This document shows, in pieces, positions 9,765 to 17,858 of a DNA stretch of 26,367 nt (its first letter is position 1; each line of letters opens with the position of its first letter). Below the pieces are notes generated by a model that searched no databases, was not told where the DNA came from, and worked only from the letters and a program-made list of their open reading frames with translations. This DNA is from a virus. Its lineage: Duplodnaviria > Heunggongvirae > Uroviricota > Caudoviricetes. Both the position numbers and the translations under genes were made by a program. The stretch lies in the IMG/VR virus record IMGVR_UViG_2698536401_000014; one strand, 5' to 3'.

Positions 9765-10804
9765 CTCGAGCCTCCCAGATAGCACGTGATAATGTTATTC
9801 ATTACCGGAAAATCAACATTTCTTCCCGGCCGATAAATAATCTCTACGTTTGAGTAATCCCGAAATTTCTCCATAAAGCCGTTAACACTGGCCTCATCGA
9901 AAGCAAAGATCAGTAGCTTCAGGGTGGCGTTGCGCAGGGCTTTTTTAGTTATCGTTTCAATGTGCTCATCAGCAAACGAGAACCCAAAGACAATTAGTAA
10001 AGTTGCTTCTTTATCAAGCTCGTTGGAATAGGTTCTCAGTAAATCATAATAAACGTTCTGTAGTAGAGTCTCTTTAAACTTCTCCTTACGTGGAAGAATA
10101 AGTGCATGAGCAAGTACCCATCCTTTCATTTCGGCTAGGGTGGGAAAGTCAAGCGGCTTAATATCTGCAATACGATAAATGATTTTCCCTTTAGAATGCT
10201 GCCAAGAGAGCGAACCATGAAGTTTTATAAGGTTAACAGTAGGAAGCTCAACTTTATAATTATACAGATTTCCGGTTGCACTTACAGAATGATTAAAGCT
10301 ACCCGCATCAAATTCCGCATCTCCCAAAATACTTGCTCTTCTATTGAATCCATCATTAAAAAGAATATTGTTATTACGTGTGGCAGCTTCTTCGATGAAT
10401 AAATCATAATTAGTTGTAAAAACGTTAATACGCCTCGGAAGTAGGCCAGTTCGGCGGCGGGTCAGTATCTTTTCCAGTGAAGACATAAATGCATCATAAT
10501 TTGCACGGGTACATTCCAAATCGGTGATCACCTGAGGTGCGAAGGGGGTGCCGTAGCCGCGCTTCAACATGCATTCATGAGGTAGCCAAACATCTGACAA
10601 AAAGTCAGCTGCCATCCTTAAGTATTCATCTTCCTGTTCATCATTAATAAGCTGCTGAAGATCCGTTTCGATTGTCCCCAGTACTTTAATCGCTGGGAGG
10701 GATGCACCTGATCCGATGAGAAAGTTAATGTTAGCTGACTGAAATATCCGCTCTAAGTAGTCTCGGTCACTATCGTTACCGTAGTATGCGCGCTTGACTG
10801 CCAT
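9761..10804 (-). CDS. SIR2-domain protein (SIR2-HerA defence system, putative NADase effector)
   Basis: 347 aa. SIR2-like motifs FLIGSGAS (Rossmann GxGxS), FTTNYD and KLHGS (catalytic His region), as in defence-associated SIR2 domains. Directly upstream of and translationally coupled to HerA. Confidence 0.75.
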   Translation of the reverse strand: MAVKRAYYGNDSDRDYLERIFQSANINFLIGSGASLPAIKVLGTIETDLQQLINDEQEDEYLRMAADFLSDVWLPHECMLKRGYGTPFAPQVITDLECTRANYDAFMSSLEKILTRRRTGLLPRRINVFTTNYDLFIEEAATRNNNILFNDGFNRRASILGDAEFDAGSFNHSVSATGNLYNYKVELPTVNLIKLHGSLSWQHSKGKIIYRIADIKPLDFPTLAEMKGWVLAHALILPRKEKFKETLLQNVYYDLLRTYSNELDKEATLLIVFGFSFADEHIETITKKALRNATLKLLIFAFDEASVNGFMEKFRDYSNVEIIYRPGRNVDFPVMNNIITCYLGGSR

Positions 10805-11228
10805 CTTATCCTTCCACAAAACATTGGATTAGTCTGTAATTTATTTAATCTTAACGCCGAGCTCAATACTTTAACATCACTTCTTCTGGCGATTGCTATG
10901 AGCCCTTCTTGATAAAAAGTTCGATCGGGAAACTGATCCTTTATGCCACAAGTTTTCTAGCTATCCTCAAAAAATTGGTGTTAAAACTGTGCCAACAAAG
11001 TTGCAAGGTTCGCTTCTCGCTCACAGCGAACTTTCATCTTTGTAAACCCGTATGATTCGCTTTTCAGCAGTCATTCAGATACGGATTTACGCTTCCCTTG
11101 GCAGCGCATGACTATGACGCATGAGATCGCATGATCGTTTGAGGATCGTTTTTGCTGAAGTCAGCCAGAACTGGCGTGCTTTTGCTTATGTCATGCAGGT
11201 GCATGAAAACCACTACATAAAGCGGGCA

Positions 11229-11247
11229 GGCGTGGCGGGGATACGAG
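11229..11247. other. Putative cos (cohesive end) site of the P2/186-type genome
   Basis: GGCGTGGCGGGGATACGAG resembles the recalled P2/186 cohesive-end sequences (GGCGAGGCGGGGAAAGCAC / GGCGTGGCGGGGAAAGCAT) in the first 13 nt. Lies on the portal-distal side of Q in the expected orientation. Confidence 0.4.
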
Positions 11248-11327
11248 CGCGCGCAAGTGGCTGAGTGGGGGGGAAGGCAAAACAAGCACCTGCAAGATGA
11301 TGGCTGAATGGAAAAGTTTGTTGAAAA

Positions 11328-13406
11328 ATGCTAATTTTAGAAACAACATATAAGTTTTTATCCACCTCGTTAAGGCTTTCTATGAGCAGTTTCTTTTATA
11401 TCCAGCCTGATTTAAAAAATGATACAAATGCTGATTTTTTGAACTCTGTTGAAGAGTATGCAAATACTCATCAAATGCAGATTTATGCAATAATGAATCC
11501 CTTAGGGGAAAATAAATATAAATATAATAGAGACGATGTTCTTATTATATTAAGCCCAGGATACCAATTAGCGTTCGTTGCTTTTAGTGATGATGTTGAT
11601 GGTATACAAAATTTTATAGAGGATTTTATAGAGGATTTAGGTTCCTTATCAGATAAATACAATTATAAAGATACAATTGGTAGGCCTCGAGCGTGGAAAG
11701 ATAAACTTGTTACTGAGTGCTCATACGCTGATTTTAGTTTCGGTAATCTTGATAAGTTTTTTGATGAAATTAAAATTATTGATGGTGTTCTGGCTAAAAA
11801 GAGTGAGTTAATTATCTCTCTCTTAACAGGAAGTATCAATAATATTGATAAAGTTAAAGGCAATGTGCCAGATAATATACTTGACAAGGTTAAGCAAAAG
11901 ATAATTTTGTTTGATGGAGATCAGACAAGGTTTGTATACCAAAAATTTGATAAGAAAAAAGTTGTTATTCAAGGATTATCAGGTACTGGTAAGACTGAAC
12001 TATTGCTTCATAAGTTAAAGGAAATATATTTGGATAAGGAGAATTTAAATAGTAAAATAATGTTTACGTGCCATAATAAAATATTGGCAGACAATATGAG
12101 AAAGAGAATTCCAGAGTTTTTCAACTTTATGAAGGTCGAGCAGCAGATTAGCTGGAATGAAAGACTTTGGTGTGTTAATGCATGGGGTTCTCAATATGAC
12201 GGTAACTCTGGCGCATATAGATATATATGTGAATATTATGGATTAAGTTTCTATCGTTTTAGCTATGTGATGACTTTCGATAAAGTATGTAGAATTGCGT
12301 TGGATGAACTAAAAAAGTTGCCAAGCAATGAATTTAAGCATTGCTTTGACTTTATGTTAATAGATGAAAGTCAGGATTTCCCATCAAGCTTCATTGAGCT
12401 TTGCGAGCTGGTAACTCGTGATACTATTTATGTTGCTGGTGATATATTTCAAAGTATATTTGATACTAATATCTCTAATGAGATACAGCCAGACTTTCTT
12501 CTAAGTAAATGCTACCGAACAGATCCAAGGACATTGATGTTTGCTCATGGTTTAGGTATGGGGCTATTTGAAGAAGAACCATTAACTTGGTTAATGAATA
12601 ATGAATGGGAAGCCTGCGGTTATATAGTTGATGAATCGGTAAAAGGTAAATTAAGATTAAAGAGAGAGCCACTAAGAAGATTTGAAGATGTAACGGATGC
12701 AAAAATACATAGTGTGGAATTAATTAATTCCACATATGAAACTGAAGAAGAGAATATTTTGGGTATACTCCGTAAAATTAAGGAGGAGAATCCTACTGTT
12801 TTGGCTGATGATATTGGTATCATCTTTATTGATCAGGCTAAGACTATATTTAAAATCGCAGACAGACTTGAATTGAGCGTGCCTAGATTATTAGGGTGGA
12901 AGGTTAATAAGGCATATGAAACAAAAGAAAAAATTAAAGATACGTTATTCATAAGTAATAAAAACCATGTAAAAGGGTTGGAGTTTCCTTTTGTTATCTG
13001 TGTTACTCGTGATATTATCAAGAGCCATTCTTATCGAAATTCACTATATATGATGTTAACTCGTTCCTTTATTAAATCATATTTGCTTTTGGGGGATGGG
13101 AATAAATACTTACAGAATGAGATAGAAAAGGGGTTAGATGTTATTAATGAGCATGGTTATATGGATATTAACGTTCCACCGAGAGAAGTTATTTCAAAAA
13201 TAAGAACAACAATCAAATATGATGAGAAAAATATATCTCATTATGATTTGGTTACAAAGGTCTTCGATGACTTACAGATTGAGCCGATATTTCGTACATC
13301 CCTGTATAATACAGTAAAAACAATCATGCCTGATTCTTTTGATGTCGATAAAATTACTACTCTTGTTCGGTTCAACTATGAAATAATGCTTCAGGAGTCG
13401 AAGTGA
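11328..13406 (+). CDS. SF1 (UvrD-like / DExQD) helicase-family ATPase with unassigned ~200-aa N-terminal domain; candidate defence protein
   Basis: 692 aa. Walker A VIQGLSGTGKTELL; Walker B/motif II FMLIDESQDF; CYRT (UvrD motif IV-like); HVKGLEFPFVI (UvrD C-terminal motif). No TOPRIM or obvious nuclease motif. Alternative start at ATG 11382. Region is very AT-rich relative to the phage backbone. Confidence 0.8.
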   Translation: MLILETTYKFLSTSLRLSMSSFFYIQPDLKNDTNADFLNSVEEYANTHQMQIYAIMNPLGENKYKYNRDDVLIILSPGYQLAFVAFSDDVDGIQNFIEDFIEDLGSLSDKYNYKDTIGRPRAWKDKLVTECSYADFSFGNLDKFFDEIKIIDGVLAKKSELIISLLTGSINNIDKVKGNVPDNILDKVKQKIILFDGDQTRFVYQKFDKKKVVIQGLSGTGKTELLLHKLKEIYLDKENLNSKIMFTCHNKILADNMRKRIPEFFNFMKVEQQISWNERLWCVNAWGSQYDGNSGAYRYICEYYGLSFYRFSYVMTFDKVCRIALDELKKLPSNEFKHCFDFMLIDESQDFPSSFIELCELVTRDTIYVAGDIFQSIFDTNISNEIQPDFLLSKCYRTDPRTLMFAHGLGMGLFEEEPLTWLMNNEWEACGYIVDESVKGKLRLKREPLRRFEDVTDAKIHSVELINSTYETEEENILGILRKIKEENPTVLADDIGIIFIDQAKTIFKIADRLELSVPRLLGWKVNKAYETKEKIKDTLFISNKNHVKGLEFPFVICVTRDIIKSHSYRNSLYMMLTRSFIKSYLLLGDGNKYLQNEIEKGLDVINEHGYMDINVPPREVISKIRTTIKYDEKNISHYDLVTKVFDDLQIEPIFRTSLYNTVKTIMPDSFDVDKITTLVRFNYEIMLQESK

Positions 13407-14032
13407 ATAAAGAGTATTATTTTAGTCTGGAGCAGGCTCAGTGTGACTGGGCCTTTAAGCCAATACGAACAAAGAAAGATGTTATTGAAATATTGATGAG
13501 ATTAATCAAACTAATTTCTGTTTATACAGAACCATGCGAACAGAATGTGGTTGGGAGAGTGAAACTTCATATATCAAAGATGAGTCGAGTTTTCTTCTTT
13601 AGTGAAAATAAATATTATTCTCTTGCATTTCCTTTTTTTCTTGATGAAATTAATGGTCAGATTTTATTTAGTAGTCCAGAAATGGAGTGTATAGATAGTT
13701 TTGTAACATCAAAAGTCATTTCTTTTATTAATGACTCCTCTTATTTGAATAGTTCTTCTTGGGCCTTTTTTGAACCATTGTTAAATATTGAAGAACATCA
13801 AGGTATTTCCGGGTTTTGGCCTTTTCTTAGAATGTTGTTAACTTATGAGGATGGTTATATTAGATATGATGTCGATGAAGAAAGGGCTAATGGAAATCGT
13901 CATCCATTATATCATTTCGACGTCTTTTATTCTAATCCGCCAACGTTTAAAATTGGTTTGAATGCACATTATACAAATGATGAAATGATTGATTTTCTTG
14001 ATAGGGAAACTGATTGTCGTTATTTGAAATGA
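13403..14032 (+). CDS. Hypothetical 209-aa protein, partner of the helicase-like ATPase (candidate effector/sensor)
   Basis: GTG start overlaps the helicase stop (GTGA), indicating translational coupling. Same AT-rich composition. No transmembrane segment or recognisable catalytic motif. Confidence 0.65.
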   Translation: MNKEYYFSLEQAQCDWAFKPIRTKKDVIEILMRLIKLISVYTEPCEQNVVGRVKLHISKMSRVFFFSENKYYSLAFPFFLDEINGQILFSSPEMECIDSFVTSKVISFINDSSYLNSSSWAFFEPLLNIEEHQGISGFWPFLRMLLTYEDGYIRYDVDEERANGNRHPLYHFDVFYSNPPTFKIGLNAHYTNDEMIDFLDRETDCRYLK

Positions 14033-14033
14033 T

Positions 14034-14065
14034 AAAATTTAGCTGGCATTAGCCAGCTAAATTTT
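14034..14065. terminator. Bidirectional hairpin terminator between the cargo cassette and portal gene
   Basis: Perfect 14-bp inverted repeat AAAATTTAGCTGGC-ATTA-GCCAGCTAAATTTT with A/T runs on both sides, immediately after both convergent stop codons. Confidence 0.6.
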
Positions 14066-14068
14066 AAT

Positions 14069-15100
14069 TTACATCGTCAATGAGTAATTTTTGAATTGTA
14101 TTATTGTATTGTCTAACCAATTATTTATTTCTTCGAGTATTTTTTGTAATGGAATAAGCTCATTACGCACAAATACATTCGCCGCCTTCTCCACATCCCC
14201 AAACCCCCCAACATTATTCGGCATAATCCCCATCATCTGTGGCGGTACACGATGCGCCGCCATCATATCATCACGGCTGACGTTCTTGATGTTAAGAAAT
14301 TCATCCTTTGCCGCGACTTCTGATAACGGGATAATCTGAAGACCATCCTTTTTGCCGTTAGGCGAGTACATAAACAGGTTGCGGAAATTGCCTGGGCCTT
14401 TGGCGCTTTTCATCGCATTACGGAGGTTGTTCACATCTTCCTGGTTCTGCGCGGCGTCGGTCATGTACATGATGAAGCCAGCATGACTGCCGTTAATGTA
14501 ATACTTGCGGCGGAACAGCGTGGCGGATTCGTTGAGCAGGGCGGATGGAATGGCAGAAAGATAACCGGGCAGGCCGTAGATCTCCTGGTTGATGTCCGGT
14601 TCCATCAGATGAAAAATGCTGCCTTTCGTGAACTGATACGGCTGGGCTGTCATACCGTATTGCACAAACCAGTAGGTATCCAGGTCTAATCCGCGTCGGG
14701 TGTATTTTGCCAAAGCTGGCTCAAGGGCGATAACTTCACCGAAGCGGTTCGTGCGTTTCTCCAGGTAGGCGTTACCAAATACCAGATAGTCCTGCACAAA
14801 ACGTGAAAAAGCCTGCTGGCTGAGCAGCGGGTGAGGGATGTAGGTGCTGGTCAGAATGTTGCACTTTACTGCAATCGGTGAGCTGTGATGCACGGCGGCG
14901 CGAAAGGTGCGCGCCAGCCCGTCGAAACTCACTGGCGGCTCATACCAGCGATCTGTCTGTACGCATTCCACATAGTCCAGCAGTTCGCGGCGGTCCAGAA
15001 CAGGAACGGGATCACCGAAGCTGAATGCTTCGGCTGAAGTCTGGCTTTTATGCTGGATCTGGTTCGTCGACGCAGCGCGGTTCTTCTTACTCTTTCCCAT
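14069..15100 (-). CDS. Q: Portal protein (P2 gpQ-like)
   Basis: 343 aa (recalled P2 Q is 344 aa). Leftward, adjacent to and coupled (ATGA) with the terminase ATPase gene. Position and orientation match P2/186. Confidence 0.85.
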   Translation of the reverse strand: MGKSKKNRAASTNQIQHKSQTSAEAFSFGDPVPVLDRRELLDYVECVQTDRWYEPPVSFDGLARTFRAAVHHSSPIAVKCNILTSTYIPHPLLSQQAFSRFVQDYLVFGNAYLEKRTNRFGEVIALEPALAKYTRRGLDLDTYWFVQYGMTAQPYQFTKGSIFHLMEPDINQEIYGLPGYLSAIPSALLNESATLFRRKYYINGSHAGFIMYMTDAAQNQEDVNNLRNAMKSAKGPGNFRNLFMYSPNGKKDGLQIIPLSEVAAKDEFLNIKNVSRDDMMAAHRVPPQMMGIMPNNVGGFGDVEKAANVFVRNELIPLQKILEEINNWLDNTIIQFKNYSLTM

Positions 15101-16866
15101 CAAAAAATCTCCACAATATTACTGGTATTGGCGGACTCGCCTTGCAGTGGTTCGTTAAACAGTGCGTGCATTGTTGCCCAAGCCAGATCGGCGTGGCTGG
15201 CTTCTTCGCTGCGGCTGGCTTCATAGGTCGGGCGGTTGCCGCTGGCGGTGGTGGCACGACGGATTGCCATAAAGGACTGTGCTATGTCGGTGTGTCCGGC
15301 GTCAAACTCCAGACGGCGGTGGCTGATAATGTCGTAAGCCTTGAGTACCAGGGCGTTTTTAACGTTGGGGTTGTAGACAAACTCCCGGACGGCAGGAAAA
15401 AACGCTTTCACGTTCTCGTAAACCCCGTGACCAACGCCGGTTGAGTCGATACCGATATAGGTCACATTGTACTGTTCGGTCAGTTTTTTGATGGCGTCAG
15501 CCTGGGCGCGAAAGTCCATCCCGCGCCACTGGTGACGCTCAAGAATGCGAAACTTACCGCCCGGCACGGCTGGCGGTGCCAGCACCACGCATCCGGCACT
15601 GTCGCCGTTCTGCGTACCTTTTGCCGGGTCATAACCGATCCACACTTCGCGCCAGCCAAATGGGCGCAGCGCCAGTGCATGAAAGTCGGTCCAGACTTCC
15701 CAGCTGTCCACCATGCACGCCTGCAGCTCGCTGAGCGGGAACACGGACGCGAGATCGTCCACAAACTCGCACATCAGCAGGTTCTGGTATTCGTCCGGGC
15801 TGTACTCCATGCGCAACTGGTCAAGGTCGAACAGGTTACAGCCGCCGCGCACTGCATCTTCCACGGTGACTATCTGGCGGTATTGCCCGTCTGCGCACAG
15901 CAGGCCGGGGGCCAGATTGCTGTGGGACAGGTCGATGTCCACCTTGTCGGCTTTGTTGCGCCCACGGTTGAACAGCGCACCGGACCAGAACGGATAAGCA
16001 CTGTGTGTCAGGCTGGATGGCGTGGAAAAATAGGTCTGCCGCCATTTCTTGTGAATAGCCATACCGGAAGCCACTTTGCGCAGCTCCTGGAATTTCGGTA
16101 TCCAGAAATATTCATCCAGATACAGGTTGCCGTGGTAACTCTGAGCCGTGCGGGCATTGGTGCCGAGGAAGTAAAGCGTGGCCCCGTTAGGAAGCACCAT
16201 CGGATCGCCTTTCAGCTCCACCTCGACTTCTTTGGCGAAGTCGATGATGTACTGCTTAAAGACGTGAGCCTGTGCCTTACTGGCAGAAAGGAAAATCTGG
16301 TTACGTCCGGTAAGCAGGGCGTCAATCAGGGCTTCACGGGCAAAGTAAAAGGTCGCGCCGATCTGGCGTGACTTCAGCAGATTACGGATGCGGTTGGTTT
16401 TTCCTGCTTCCCACCAGTGGCGCTGGTAGTTGAACATGGAGGAATGGAAGATTTCTTCCAGCTTCTCAATCTGTTCATCGGTGAAAACATTCTTTTCCGG
16501 CTGACGGCGCGGCCCTTTGTTGCGGTTGGCGACGTTAGGGTTTAAGTCGGCTTCGTTGCCGCCATTGTTAAACTTGCCGATCCGCGCGTGGCGCTCCGAC
16601 TGGCGCGCCAGCAGGTCAATTTCTTTGAAATCTTTCCCTTCTTTGTGCTCCTTCATAATGAGCTGGCAGTAGCGGGCGGCGGTGGTGAGCTGCATCTGAT
16701 CCAGCGGCCCATAGTCACCCCACTTGTCGCGTTTTTTCCAGCTGTGAACGGTTGCAACTTTCTCGCCCAGCATTTCAGCAATGCGGGCTACGCGGTATCC
16801 CTGAAAGTACAGCAGCATGGCCTGCCGACGGGGATCGAGATCTGCGGGTGTCAGTGTGGTGTTCAT
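15100..16866 (-). CDS. P: Terminase large (ATPase) subunit (P2 gpP-like)
   Basis: 588 aa (recalled P2 P is about 590 aa). Divergent from the scaffold/capsid operon as in P2. Confidence 0.85.
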   Translation of the reverse strand: MNTTLTPADLDPRRQAMLLYFQGYRVARIAEMLGEKVATVHSWKKRDKWGDYGPLDQMQLTTAARYCQLIMKEHKEGKDFKEIDLLARQSERHARIGKFNNGGNEADLNPNVANRNKGPRRQPEKNVFTDEQIEKLEEIFHSSMFNYQRHWWEAGKTNRIRNLLKSRQIGATFYFAREALIDALLTGRNQIFLSASKAQAHVFKQYIIDFAKEVEVELKGDPMVLPNGATLYFLGTNARTAQSYHGNLYLDEYFWIPKFQELRKVASGMAIHKKWRQTYFSTPSSLTHSAYPFWSGALFNRGRNKADKVDIDLSHSNLAPGLLCADGQYRQIVTVEDAVRGGCNLFDLDQLRMEYSPDEYQNLLMCEFVDDLASVFPLSELQACMVDSWEVWTDFHALALRPFGWREVWIGYDPAKGTQNGDSAGCVVLAPPAVPGGKFRILERHQWRGMDFRAQADAIKKLTEQYNVTYIGIDSTGVGHGVYENVKAFFPAVREFVYNPNVKNALVLKAYDIISHRRLEFDAGHTDIAQSFMAIRRATTASGNRPTYEASRSEEASHADLAWATMHALFNEPLQGESANTSNIVEIF

Positions 16867-16912
16867 GGCACAAACCTACAGCCTTGAATGAAGGCTTTCC
16901 CCGCCTGCGGTT

Positions 16913-16930
16913 TGTGTGGTTGTCGGTACA
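16913..16930. promoter_or_regulatory. Late promoter activator site (TGT-N12-ACA, Ogr/B-type) in the P/O divergent region
   Basis: TGTGTGGTTGTCGGTACA: TGT, 12 nt, ACA. Lies in the intergenic region between divergent P and O genes. Confidence 0.4.
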
Positions 16931-17008
16931 AATACCGCGCATTGTTTCACTGCCCCCATCACCGCAACCATAAGGCTCCAGTAAGTTTTTTCTAACGGAG
17001 CACGGCTC

Positions 17009-17842
17009 ATGACAGTGAAAGCAAAGCGTTTTCGCATCGGGGTGGAAGGTGCCACTACCGACGGACGCGAAATCCAGCGTGAATGGCTGGAACAGATGGC
17101 AACCAGCTACAACCCGGCGGTGTATACCGCGCTGATTAACCTTGAGCACATCAAGTCTTATCTGCCGGACAGCACCTTTAACCGCTACGGCAAGGTGACG
17201 GCGCTGTTTGCTGAAGAAATCACGGAAGGTCCGCTGGCGGGCAAGATGGCGCTGTATGCCGACGTTGAGCCAACGGAATCCCTGGTGGAGCTGGTGAAAA
17301 AAGGCCAGAAATTATTCACCTCTATGGAAGTCAGCCCGAAGTTTGCTGATACGGGCAAAGCCTACCTGGTCGGCCTGGCTGCCACTGATGACCCTGCCAG
17401 TCTGGGCACTGAAATGCTGACATTCAGCGCCAGTGCGGCCCATAACCCGCTGGCAAACCGCAAGCAGAATCCTGCAAATCTCTTTACCGCTGCAGAGGAA
17501 ACGGTGATCGAACTGGAAGAAATCCAGGATGACAAACCGTCCCTGTTTGCCCGTGTCACGGCGCTGTTCACCAAAAAAGAGCAGTCCGATGACGCCCGGT
17601 TCTCTGATGTGCATAAGGCCGTGGAGCTGGTCGCCACTGAGCAGCAGAACCTGAGCGCACGCACCGAAAAATCCCTGTCTGAGCAGGAAGAACGCCTGTC
17701 TGAGCTGGAGATTGCTCTGCAGGCACAGCAGACCGCCTTTAACGAACTGGTGGACAAGCTGAGCCATGAAGACAGCCGCCAGGACTACCGCCAGCGTGCA
17801 ACAGGCGGTAACGCCCCCGCTGACACTCTGACCAATTGCTGA
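17009..17842 (+). CDS. O: Capsid scaffolding protein (P2 gpO-like)
   Basis: 277 aa. N-terminus KRFRIGVEGATTDGREIQ...INLEH matches recalled P2 gpO. Followed by the major capsid gene. Confidence 0.85.
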   Translation: MTVKAKRFRIGVEGATTDGREIQREWLEQMATSYNPAVYTALINLEHIKSYLPDSTFNRYGKVTALFAEEITEGPLAGKMALYADVEPTESLVELVKKGQKLFTSMEVSPKFADTGKAYLVGLAATDDPASLGTEMLTFSASAAHNPLANRKQNPANLFTAAEETVIELEEIQDDKPSLFARVTALFTKKEQSDDARFSDVHKAVELVATEQQNLSARTEKSLSEQEERLSELEIALQAQQTAFNELVDKLSHEDSRQDYRQRATGGNAPADTLTNC

Positions 17843-17858
17843 TGGAGCACAAAACCTG

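Noticed and set aside
11328-13406. Possibility that the 692-aa ATPase is a P2 Old-type (OLD family) nuclease
   Set aside because: Old proteins pair an ABC-type ATPase with a TOPRIM domain. This protein instead has UvrD-like motifs (DExQD, KGLEF) and no TOPRIM-like acidic motif visible.
15532-16371. 279-aa plus-strand ORF (and neighbouring 94-aa ORFs) inside the terminase large subunit gene
   Set aside because: Antisense shadow ORF within a well-supported conserved gene. Arg/Ala/His-rich composition typical of reverse-frame translation of GC-rich coding DNA; no ribosome-binding site.
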